Source: Bugula neritina (lineage: Eukaryota; Animalia; Bryozoa). From it: DNA of 64,000 bases. A program made the position numbers and the translations under genes. The stretch covers positions 28,395,504 to 28,459,503 of the forward strand of contig OZ037765.1 in the NCBI GenBank assembly GCA_964035545.1, given 5' to 3'. This document shows positions 40,511 to 52,389 of this stretch, piece after piece (the stretch's first letter is position 1; each line of letters opens with the position of its first letter). The notes beneath the pieces were generated by a model, which saw only the letters and a list, made by a program, of their open reading frames with translations, ran no database searches and was not told the DNA's origin.

Positions 40511-42626
40511 TTGAAGGAGATTAATTGTACTAGCTTATTGCCAACTATTATTACCAACATTGCTGTAATTAATTTATTAAAGCTACAACTTTACCCCACT
40601 ACATTCATCCACAATCAAGTAATCATTATGCATCAGTCACAGTGCAATGCCTGCGTAGTTTTGGTTTACAACGGTATCATTGGATATTCAAGACGATTTA
40701 TATGGCAATATAGAAAAGACAAATCGAAATAACAAAAATTGTGTTCCTTTCATGGTTATGTGAAGGAAAACAACTTCAAACTATACTTCTGATCTCATTT
40801 TGACATACATCTATTCCAAAATTTTATCCTTACACAAACAATAACTTATGTCAAAAAATTTTTGCATCACTTTCAATGTGCATGTATAATTAGTTTGTGT
40901 AAAGACTAAGCAAAACAAACATAATATTACTTGGCTAAAATATTTTATAATAATTATTATATTTAATTAAATACTTCAATTTTACATACTGTAAAATGTA
41001 TTTCATTTATAAAATGTATTTGCATATATAAGAATATAAAATGTATTTACATATATAAAATATGTTGTGTTTGTTGAATTCCAAACAAAATTACTATTAT
41101 AGTGCTATAGCACGTAATAATGATTACCTGGAGCATAATTTGTTTCTGATTTGATACCATGTTATAAGTGGCCTAACATCTTAATGTTTTAGCAAAGTAA
41201 AATCAGTGTTGGTACCCACATGACAAAATAAATTTTTAGGCCCTTTTATGGTTTCAACTAATAATATTAAGTATATCGCATGCTTTAATCCTTGAATGCT
41301 ATTTGACAGGTATTGTCAATAAATATTATAGCATTAGAAATAGATTTTAAAAGTATAAATTAATAATTGAATATATAAAGTTTTCAACTATGGTATCTGT
41401 AGCGTTTCATAAATTATTATAGAACTATTAAACATGATATTTTTTGCTGTCACAGTATACATAACAACATACTAGCACTATGCACTTTACCATGGTCTAA
41501 TCTTGAAGAAATAATTCTTTGGGTTAGCACTCTGACGTTGCAGATCTTTTCAGGCTACTTTCAAGTATAAGCAGTACCTATGCATGCATGTGTAGCTAGA
41601 TTATAAATGCATAATTAAAATTATAATCTACTAATAAATTATATACACACATGTACATGATGTGTGTGTTTATGAATGCATTGTGTATCACAATATAATA
41701 AGCAGTTCAATTTATACAAGTCTTTGGCGGCATTCAGTTAGTTGATGTTGCTCTTGTAACAAAAGGTTGCAACACTATTTTCTCACATTAAATGACTAAA
41801 ACTGTAAACAAGATATGCCACATCAAGCAAAAAATTTAAAAATTAATCAGCTTGTTTAACCACTAGACTGCCAATTTAAAATTTAATGACCAAAATGCAA
41901 GTTAGTAGAGCAGTTAAAGCAACCTTGTGTTTCGTATATAAGTATTAGAACAATGTGCTTTCAAGTGAATATATTTGCTGATAGTTAGTAGTAACAAGTA
42001 TTCCAATAGGAAAAGCAGATGAAATTTTAGCAAAAAAGCAAAAATAAGGTAAGGTAGAAACATATAAATATGTTTTGTTTCAGTAGTGAATAGCAAATAG
42101 TAAATTTAGTCTAAATCAGCATGAAACAAGTGACCTTTATGAGATCAAAGCTACTGAATGATAAAATAAAATCTAAGGCTATTTGCAAGTCAAATTGGTA
42201 TCTATGACAACATTTCTATCACCAGTGTTGGTTTGATTAGCTCATACCATATAATTAAATAATAATAATTTGATTGAGTAAAATATGACTTGTAAATTAT
42301 GGATTATATATAATTACACATGTAGGATAATACAAGACCGGCACCATTACTAAGATTGCGGAAGGATATCAACTAGTAATCAAAAATATCATTCAGAATA
42401 ATTACAAATTTGTACAAAATGACATAACGTCATAAAATCAGCCAATTAAAACACATACCATCAACTATATAATAGCAATACAGTATTACAGCATTAAATG
42501 GCTGCAAATGGAATACAATTATGCAAAAATCGGTGAATAATGTGTGTGTGTATATATATATATAAGAATGTGAATGAATAGTTAGCACTAGTACTATGCA
42601 TAGCTATATCTGTATTTCAACCCAGT

Positions 42627-45600
42627 CTATTGTGTATTCAACTTCTGGCGTTTGGCCGATGGACCTTCTGCATCTGGATTAGCCTGTGGAGGTAGGACGA
42701 CTATATTCTTGGATCCAGGTGTATCCCCATCACTGGTAACCACTGTCATTGGGGAGGCCTTCATCTTAGTCATTGAGCTCTTCACTCCATAGTGGTGATC
42801 CAAGTTCTGTGACTGACTACTCTGTTCAAGCAGCTGCATTGAAAATACACAATCTTCAGTACAAAAGGTTAATGTATCATCATTAGCCAACTTCAGAATT
42901 AATATTACATAATATAAACCTAACCTCAATTTTAAAATAGGAAAACCTTGCAGAGCTCAAAAGATTACACAGCAAGAAAACATAATCTAAAACTCAAGAA
43001 TGCCCCAGGTGTTGAGTATACAAGAGATATAATACTGACCTCTCCCATGACAGCAATAGAGGTTTGACCTGTGGCTCCAGCCACTTTCTGTTCAACCAGA
43101 TAGAAGATGTACTCATCATACAAGAGGCGAATCAAATGAAAGGATCCAAAGGAGGCAGCACTTCGCAAAGTCAAATCTCTAATTATCATGGAGCTAAAAG
43201 CAAGAACAGTAGAAAATTATACTATTTGACATCCATAAAAATACTACATGTTATTCACAAACTGTGGGTTTTTCAAAAAATACAGTGCATTCACAATAAT
43301 TCATTATCTTTGTCAATTGCATCATCAGTTATTACTATTTTGTTTAGTAAAAACAAATAAACAATATCAAAATAAAAGCCTAGCAGTGACTAATAAACTA
43401 GAAACATGGAATGCTCAAAATAAGAAACAGAAGGAAAAAAACATTTATGGTACTGCTTTTTAGTAACTTCCCATTAAAGTGAGATCAGTAAAGTTATTAT
43501 TATTTGCATGCTTCCCTGGAAACATAAAAACCCGTGACCGGTGAAGTGTACACGGGCAACCAGACAAAGGGTGGACGTGAAGACAGACCAGCTGGGACAC
43601 AAACTTACCTGTAGAACGACCATTTTAGGAGAAACTGCCGTGCAGCTTTGGTGAAATTCTCGGTCTGTTGGTAAGGCTTGAGCACCTCATCAACAACAGA
43701 CTGAAGCCATGTACTCCACTCCTCTAGAGTGTGTTGGTCCTGGAGGAACCTCTTGAAGTCCTTCTCCAGCTGGGTGACTAGACTGTCTTCACACTGACAG
43801 ACCCACGATGCTTGTTCCTGTCAGAATATACGCACCCAGGTTGACGGAAAGCACAAACATTGTAAAGCACTTGGCTTGAAAAATCAGAATTTCTGGGGTA
43901 CTATATGCTATGTTAAACATACCAGCTAATTAAACTAAAGGTAAGCAATTTAATGGAATTTAGTAAAATTAGAACCGGTTGGGTAGCATACTTATTTTAG
44001 TATTATATTATTTGTATAAGCGTTGTATTATTTATATAAGTATTTATCATATAATTGAAATAGTTTTAAACATTTGGTAGAGTAAGCTGCTTTGAAATGC
44101 AAGCTTATAAGATTAAAAAGCTATAGAATACATGTGATGAGACAACTTTACACCAACCTAACTTTATATACAACTTAGCATGTTGTTGCTATGTACATAA
44201 GAATTCGTCATTTGCAATGCTATAAGGAGTGATATTAAAAAAAACCGTTGCCGTAGAAACAAGAAAGTTAGATAGAATCACAATATCTGACTAATAAAGA
44301 GAGTAGTGAGCTGCTACCTTGACAACCTTGTACGAACTACAAAAGCACCATATCCTGATTTACACAGCTGCTTACACTACACACTTTAAGCAAGTAATAG
44401 AATTACACAGAATGTATATTTTATACAACAATAATTATATTAGACAGCTATAAAAATTTACATCCCATAAAATACTCAACTAGGATACTAAGAGTATGAC
44501 CTCAAAAAGGTTTTTAAAAGTAATGAAATACACTTTTGATAGGTCAGTTTGCAGTATGACGGTATTGAGTTGAAACAAAAATAGTAGCTAGACAGTATCC
44601 CAAACAACAGAAAGAAAACTTTATCAAAATTCAGAGCAAGTATTGAAGAGAACTCCCTGTTCTATATGCATTCGACTAGCTCTACATCTAGTAGTTCATA
44701 TTTTCTGATTGGCAAATTAGGTAGCGCCTACGATTGGCTTACTGATTCTAAACGCTGTAGTAACTCACTCATGAACTCCAACTCCCACATTGAACCATGC
44801 CAACATGTCGAGTCAGCCAAAATTTCGAAGAGAAATAGCGGACACTAGATAAATGTGAAAATTTCTTCGCTAGTAAAGCGGAAACAGGAAACACCAAAAA
44901 CTTTGGCAAGACAAACTTCTTTCAACGACTATGAGTAAAATATACGTAGATATTAATCATAGATGAATAAAATCTGTTGAAAACCAAAAATGTGAAAAAA
45001 ATTCTACTTCGCAATGTTAGAAGTTTTAAACATTGTTGGACAACTTCTAGAGAGAGAGAGACAGCAGCAAATGGAATACGAGATAATATTACCACGCTGA
45101 ACTACTCGTCACCATGGATGTGTTTTGTGCGGTAAATATAAATATGACATAGTTGAAGATGGCACCAATTGTAGCTTTTTTTACTTACCAGCACATTTTA
45201 ATGAAAAACATGAGCAACTGAATTCATAGCCATAAACATTTTATAGGAGATGGTGCTTTACACTGCTAAACTTTAAAAAACATTTCAATTTTAAAATAAT
45301 TTTTCTATTTTAGTATTTATATAATTTATGATCTTGCCCAGCTCCTGATTTAAAATTTTTTTTTACTCGATTATGCATTGAAATTGATAAGATTATAATA
45401 ATATTCATTATTGATTGGGATGTTTAGTAATAGTTACAACACATAATTCAATCGTAAAGTTGGTTGAGTATGATAATGATGGCCAGTATTATCTTACTGT
45501 TTGTTTATTTTAATAATTGATAATAAACTATTTCCTTCCAGTTTTATTAGCTCCGACAGCCCATCAGTGATGTAACTGAAAGGAGAGCTAAGACAGTTGT

Positions 45601-48600
45601 TGTAGTGACTTCTATGTTGTAAATGTTAATTTGATCAATTCTACTTCATATAAATTTAAATATAACTATTGACAATAGTTTTATTAAAACGTTCATTGTA
45701 CTTTTGAAAACATTAATGCGAAGTTATATTATTTCAATCATTTTATGTTAACAGTTGAGAATTTCTGCTAAGTTTTTCAGTTTCTTGTTATATTAATGAA
45801 CATAGTATGTAATTTGTTTCTCAGAAATAATGCCTGTTGGAGTAAATTTACTATCCTCTTAGCAAATAGAATGACTCTGTTGACAAGCTAGTTGTTAGTC
45901 ATTGTGATAAGAAATTCTTTAAAATCATATTCCTATCTTGAGCTAAAAGAGTACTAATCATATCTATTTTAAAGTTTGTACCTTCAACTGAAATAAATGT
46001 ATTAATATGCAATACATACTGCAATAACAAACCAATAACTGCTAAAAAACAAGTAACAATCAACTTTGTTTTAGGACATCATCAATATTAGGAGATATGG
46101 AGATATACCCATCAATACCTGAACATTGGCGAAATCTACTCGGTTCAGATCTGACAGCATCTGAGTTATTTGGGACGAGTTCTGTAGAACCGATCTGGCA
46201 GCCTGAGCCAGGTGATTGAGTGATGTGTATCGACGCAACGTCTGTGAAAATGCGCTAACGGCACCAATCTGTAAAAATACATGAGGATTTATATAACTAT
46301 AATCTATATTCATAGAAAATGTAAGTAATTAATATTAGAATAATAAATATGCAAGGCTCAATAATATTGATTAAATCAAATAAAAATTCAATTTTTTTAA
46401 AATGTGATTTATTGTTAGACCTCTATAACAAATGTTTACTGTCTTATAATGCCTTTATACTATGACAATCATAAATACAGCAAACATGTCATATACATGA
46501 ATGGATATAAGTTTTATAACTACTGTAATTGGTTAGTCGCACTAGGTGGTCACATAACTGTATAATAGTTACATTAAAAACTATGTTAGCACATTTTTCT
46601 ATACTTGAGACACTGGTCAAACATGATAACTTAACTTATCCCACCCCAAGTCCAATTTGCCGAATATGTTCCATTCACTGTTTTGTTTCCAAGACTCATA
46701 GCTTGTTGTAATTATTTCAAACTTGTCTAACATGTACATTACATTCTGTAACACAAGTCAATTACTGATATCAGACTCACCTTGACACTGATCATAGCCT
46801 CAGGTATTCCCCCAATTGATGACCTTAGGGAGGTTTCCAAGCCTTTCGCAAAGTTTCGAATAGTTTGGGTGAGTGTACCTAATAGAGGATACACCAAAAT
46901 AACAACTTATACACTGAATAATATCCATTTACTTGAGACATACTGTGATGCTGTGTGTGAATGGTGAAACTGCTTGTATGCTGTAACCAAGTCAAATACT
47001 TACTAGGTATAGGCCTAAGGACATCTGGCACCAACAACTCAAGTAGCGCTTGGTAGAAACTGTAGTCTGCTTCCTTTACAAACTCCTGTACTTCTGACAG
47101 AGCAGCCAACTTCAACAATTTCTCTTTCGGCAGTTTTGCCTCCACCTCAGGGTCAACACTACAAGTTATTGACACTAGAGTATATCTGTAGGCGATGGTT
47201 GAACAGGTCAAAAATACTCTCAAGTTGCATGTCACACTCATACTTATATGCAATGTATAAGCTAGAGTAAAGTAGATGCTTCAACTAACCTTACATTCGT
47301 CTTCCTCCAAAATGTTTGCCACAAATTCTCAATGAGATTTAAATGTAAATTTTGAACTAAATCTAACACCGCCTGAAATAAACAACACAGAATGTGTTTG
47401 TACATTTACAGTCATTAGCATATGCATCATGTACCAATCAAATATAAAGATAGTGAAACATGAACCTACTTCACAATGCTCTTTGTACATGGTATCAAAT
47501 GTGTTGGCATCACCCATAGTGACACCCTGGGGCAGGTTCTTGCTATCTATAGTTAGATCATTCTGTGGTATGGCCTCCTCGGGGGATCCTAAATACTGTT
47601 TATGTTGCTCAGTGTCCTGACTTGTAGCAGCTGCCTCAGTCTTCATGGCGTTTCCAGCATCTCCCCCATCGGCACCACTGGACTTGGCTATACGTCGGTG
47701 TGGCTGAGTGGCTTGCCTCATCGCTACAGGAGTATCATCAGGCACCATCTGGTTGAGAGGACTGTCGGCCTTGATGCGTATGCCATAGTAGTGGTACTTC
47801 GAGTTGCCCCTAGAACCAGCCAGTAATAACACTGAGTACAATGTGAAAACACGTGACGGCGTACAGGTAGAGGCTACTTCAACGTGAAGGTTTTCCTCAA
47901 TAGTGATGAGTCATCCATGGCGTGTGTTGTCTTAATTTAAACAGAAATTAGTTTCCAGTCTCTACAATTATAACATGCATTTGTGCATCTTAGTAAGAAA
48001 GTTTAATTGAGATCAGCAGCTTACATATACTTTACAACAAAGAAAAACAATTTAAAAAGACATTTCCAAAATGCTAGCACAAGAGCAGCACCCATCCCCT
48101 GTAAGACTGTGTACTTGACAAGTGAAGAGCGTGTTAGAGCGTGAAAGTCCTTCAGCAGCGGCCACGGTTACCTGGTGCCTAAACGCCGGGTCCTGAGGCC
48201 TAAAAATACCGACCGGATAAGTTTGCCAAAACTAGCAGGATTCATTGGGTCGAGCCTAGCCTGGCGACAATGCTGCATATAATGGGCATAGAGAGTAGAG
48301 CGAGGCAGACTAACTCCTTCAGCTACATCATAGTTATCTAGTAGCCATTGAACCTGCAAGTATGTAAGAAACACGGGTGTAGCATCTTTAATCAATGCAG
48401 ATTATCATTACCTTTGCCCCAATCTTCTAGTTTTCAAATCTCTGAATATTGTTCGGACTAGCTTTCCAAAAGATGCAGGATTGGATGCTTCTATTTTCTC
48501 ATTATTGCAATGATGCATATAAAAGTTGTAGAGTGTACATCGAGGCAAGCTTGTACCATCGCAACTTTCAAAGTTAGCTAGCAGCCATTGTACCTAATAT

Positions 48601-51600
48601 ACAGCACAGAGAATAAGAATAATATTGCATGCAACACAATGTTCAGTATATAATCGAATAATATATTAGTAGACTGAGGTTTTTTACTATTCTCATTACT
48701 AGGTTAGGGGATTAGTACGAGCATATATTATTAGAACAGGGCACCCCATCTCATCTCAATCAGACTTGAGCAGTGGTATAACAAAATAGTTAAGTTTACC
48801 GTTCGATTATCGAAACTCACAGTAGCAGGGGCTGCTCTTGTGGTCTGAGCTAGTGGGTATCCTTCGCCGTCCATAGTAGCACCGTGGATGAGGTAGGCAT
48901 GACCTCCCATTTGTTGCACCATTTGTCCAGGGAAACTCTGTATGCCCAACTGTGATAGCAAGGACAACCATACATTTTCAGTTAAATTACATAACAAGAA
49001 GTGGGGTTTCAATATTTTCCAGACTCAGAAATAAATGGGACCAAGTAAACAAGTAGATTATAATCACAAATAACCAGTTAGACCCTAAAATTATCTTCTA
49101 AGTTTGAGACTCTAATAAACAAGTGATATACAAATAATTACATAGAAATGATATTATCTGGACCCGAAAGGCCACGTAGCTCACATGGAACCATACATGG
49201 AACCACCAGTTTCACTAATTATGGTTATGACGGTTTCTAAATCTTTTATTACAGGTCTAGCAGATTTAAAATACGTAAACATTTTCATTTTGATCACGAC
49301 GCTAAGATTTTTAGTCTCAACTCCCAGAAGGTCAAGGTCACTTTGAGAATGATCAAACCGAATATATTTTTAAAAACACTAAGTTGACACTAAAATCTAT
49401 TATTTTACTCAACGGGTAAAAATTGATTATTAAATGAATTTAAAAATAAAAACATTCATGCTGATACTTATTTTATAATATTTATTTATTCAATTAATAA
49501 AACTTTAAATTATAATTTCGTAGTATCAATACATTACCATGAAAAAAAAGATCTTTATGTTAATACACATGCTTTATAGAATTTGCTAAACTTTATAACT
49601 TTTACTGAATTAATAGAAATCAATTTGATATAAAATACAATGCTACCTCTGTATCTCATGGTTCTATTTCCCACGAAATTCCACAGGTCACGAGGAGGGC
49701 TTGGACCACCGTTTTGTGGCTTATGTATGTGTGTGTGAGATATGGAGAAAGCATTGTCATTGTATTTTTAAAGAGTAATAGTACTACGCTTCGTGCAAAA
49801 ATCTCAATTTTGAATTAACTAATGTACAATGAATAAATAAAAATGGCCGAATTTAACAGATCCGTGAGTTAAATAGGTTGTTTTATATGCAGTCGGCTGG
49901 CTCGACATATATTTCTGATTGGCTAATTAAGTTGCGCCTATGATTGGCTTACTAGTTTTAAATGCACAAATTGTTGCTGATGGCTGTGACTGTCATGGCG
50001 CACACGTGCACTCTAACTCACAGTAAATCACACTAACATTTACAATTTCAGTTTCATAGCTTAAGCTCGGCAACTTTTTTATGTAAGAAGTCACTAAACT
50101 TAAATCACATTGTTGATAAATTGATACAGAAGTAATTTTTATTTTTAAAGATTTTTTTAGTAGTGAAACTAAATGCAGTTGTTTTCGTGCCAGTAGTAAC
50201 ATTATAAAGTAAGCCAATATGAGATGCTAACTCATGAGCCAATCAGAAAATGTCAAGCAGCTAATTGTCGAGCCAGCTGACTGCCTATTATAGAAATTTC
50301 CAAGTTAAATCTGGTATTCTACTATGAGCTTAGTGAGATATGGAGGGAGCATTGTAATTGTATTTTTTAGTGAGGAATAGTACTACACTTTAAATTAACT
50401 AATGTAAAATGAATAAAAAAAAATTACTGAATTTTTTATGGTGATGGTGGACAACTAAAATGACCGTTTTTATAACCGATGGAATTTATAAGCACAACAC
50501 TGATACATTTAGTCTTTCTACTTAGGCTTTAATCATTAATTTATATTATATTAATTTAAAACTAGTTTTTTTAATTGCTTCTGAAATGAAATAAAATTCA
50601 AAACAATACATACAAACAAACATACATACAGAGCTAAAAATTTCCGCGTGTGTGTGCTTGTGTGTGTGTGTGTGTGAAAAACAGTTAAACTCTGCAACTT
50701 GCTGCATGCTAAAATTTTGGGAAACTAAAATGTTTTAGAGCTAAATAAAATACACAAGGCATGCACACATATAATAATAAGTCAGTAGGATATTTTATTA
50801 GACTAAATAAGCCTCACCTGTTGGCCAGTTGAGTATCCATGATAGTTGTTTGTGGGTGAATATGTACTTTGAGAATACTCTTGAAATTGGCTGCAATGAC
50901 ATAAATTGTACAACTTGATTCGGAGTTAGAAAACAGGGCACAGCAGGTTCTAAAGATAGCATTCGATATCATATATTACTTTATATAGGAGAATATTGCA
51001 TTAAAAAAAGGTGAATACAACTCACAATGCTGCACACTTTCCAGTTACATAATGTATAATATAGTTTTACAGTATAAAACACATTATGATGGGTAGAATC
51101 AGTATATCAAAGGCTTCTAACTATATAAGTAAGCACCAAGTGATAGAATACCTTTACACTAATGTGTAGTTCTAGCATTAACTTACATGTTACTTTGCTA
51201 TTTATTAACATACATGTTATTTTGTCATGTTACTTATATGTAATTTTGTCATATAACTTACATTTTACTGTGTCATATATTAAGTTACATGCTATTGTGT
51301 CATATATTAACATACATGTTATATTGTTATAATATATTAACTTACATGGTATTATGTCATATAACTTACATGTTATTTTGTCCGTTGGGATATACTATTT
51401 GTTCCTGACCAGTTGTCACGCGGTTGACAGAATCTACATATTGCACAGGATAAACCGTCTGTCCAGCATTTCCATGATCTCCACCTGCATTTCCTGCACT
51501 GGCAGCTGGGTTGGTGACTGCTAGAAAATGCATAGAATTTGCACTAGTTGGAGAATGGTGGTGATGGTGGTGATGGTAATATCCATGGTTCATGCTAACA

Positions 51601-52389
51601 CCTTCGGAAATATGCATTTAAGCAGAAAAATATAACTCTTGATATGTTTCCTTTAAAAAACAAGCAAATCAGATAGGAATTTTCTTCTAATGCTTTTTTG
51701 GTAGCTATGAAGTCCAAATATCTTAGCTTGAGCAGATATACTAAGTATAAGCTGTCACTGTACGTTCAAATGTTGCTCGCCAACAATATAATTCAAGATG
51801 TTTCACCCTCTATAGCTAAAGGATGAATGATTCAACTTTTGTCACGGCTCAACACACATAGACAACTAATGCTATTACCACTAAAAGCGCGCTTTGACTT
51901 CTGCATTACCACCCTGGTTACTATAGGGTCACGCTAACCAATAAATGGGCTTCCTGGCTAAAAATAACAGTATTTATTTGGAATCTCTTGATTGATTTGC
52001 AATTTCTTCTGCTTTCGAATTCCAAAGATCCAACAAGATATTATAGATGTTATAAAAGAATTACTCACCAAATGCAAAAAAATAATTTACACATCTCAGA
52101 AAACTTCCCATTCCAGTACTTCTAAATTTTAATTCCGACTTACACAATGTACACACACTTCATAAAAATGTCACAAAATGATTAGCAAAGACTAACATAT
52201 TTAGTTGATATCAACAGTTGGCAGCATAGGAGTTATACCTGTCACGATATATTGCTGTCCGCTGCCATCACTAGTGGGTTGAATAATTGTGGCCCCTTTA
52301 CTTTGAGTGACTACAAACTGCTGCCCGGTTGACATGTCTCCAGACACAACAATGGTCTTCCTGGTGGGTGCGGAAGTGCTTGCTGCCAT
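42627..52389 (-). CDS. RFX: RFX1/2/3-type (DAF-19-like) winged-helix transcription factor; coding exons about 52239-52389, 51370-51520, 50818-50890, 48821-48949, [48412-48593 or 48172-48353], 47470-47809, 47293-47372, 47004-47158, 46781-46878, 46119-46268, 43609-43818, 43039-43192, 42627-42832
   Basis: DNA-binding domain [60 protein letters not shown]. Also present are the B/C domains and dimerization domain ([49 protein letters not shown]) and a basic C-terminal NLS-like KRQK. Confidence 0.95.
44663..44825. mobile_element. Short degenerate MITE-like element, same family as 49885-50288
   Basis: Shares tttctgattggc.aatta.gt.gcgccta.gattggcttact with 49912-49953 and has imperfect inverted ends. 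Confidence 0.55.
48172..48353 (-). CDS. RFX: RFX DNA-binding-domain exon B (canonical RFX1/2/3 type)
   Basis: ttgcag|GTT...ACC AG|gtaacc; 182 nt; encodes [60 protein letters not shown](R). Confidence 0.95.
48412..48593 (-). CDS. RFX: RFX DNA-binding-domain exon A (divergent duplicate, putative mutually exclusive exon)
   Basis: attag|GTA...CAA AG|gtaatg; 182 nt and open; encodes [60 protein letters not shown](R). Confidence 0.88.
49885..50288. mobile_element. MITE-like element with terminal inverted repeats
   Basis: The left end atatgcagtcggctggctcgac matches the reverse complement of the right end, ataggcagtcagctggctcgac, at 20/22 positions. There is an inner inverted pair tttctgattggct/agccaatcagaaa and no coding capacity. 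Confidence 0.7.
51176..51381. repeat. Degenerate tandem repeat of about 27-31 bp (about 7 copies) derived from an RFX exon/donor junction
   Basis: The unit is approximately aacttacatgttattttgtcatat; the copy at 51363-51381 is the real junction, gacaaaataacat|gtaagtt on the minus strand. Confidence 0.8.

Noticed and set aside
48172-48593. RFX exon duplication as a haplotype or assembly artefact, or as a protein with two tandem DNA-binding domains
   Set aside because: The copies are too divergent for alleles and their flanking introns are not duplicated. A phase 2 end joined to a phase 0 start prevents in-frame co-inclusion.
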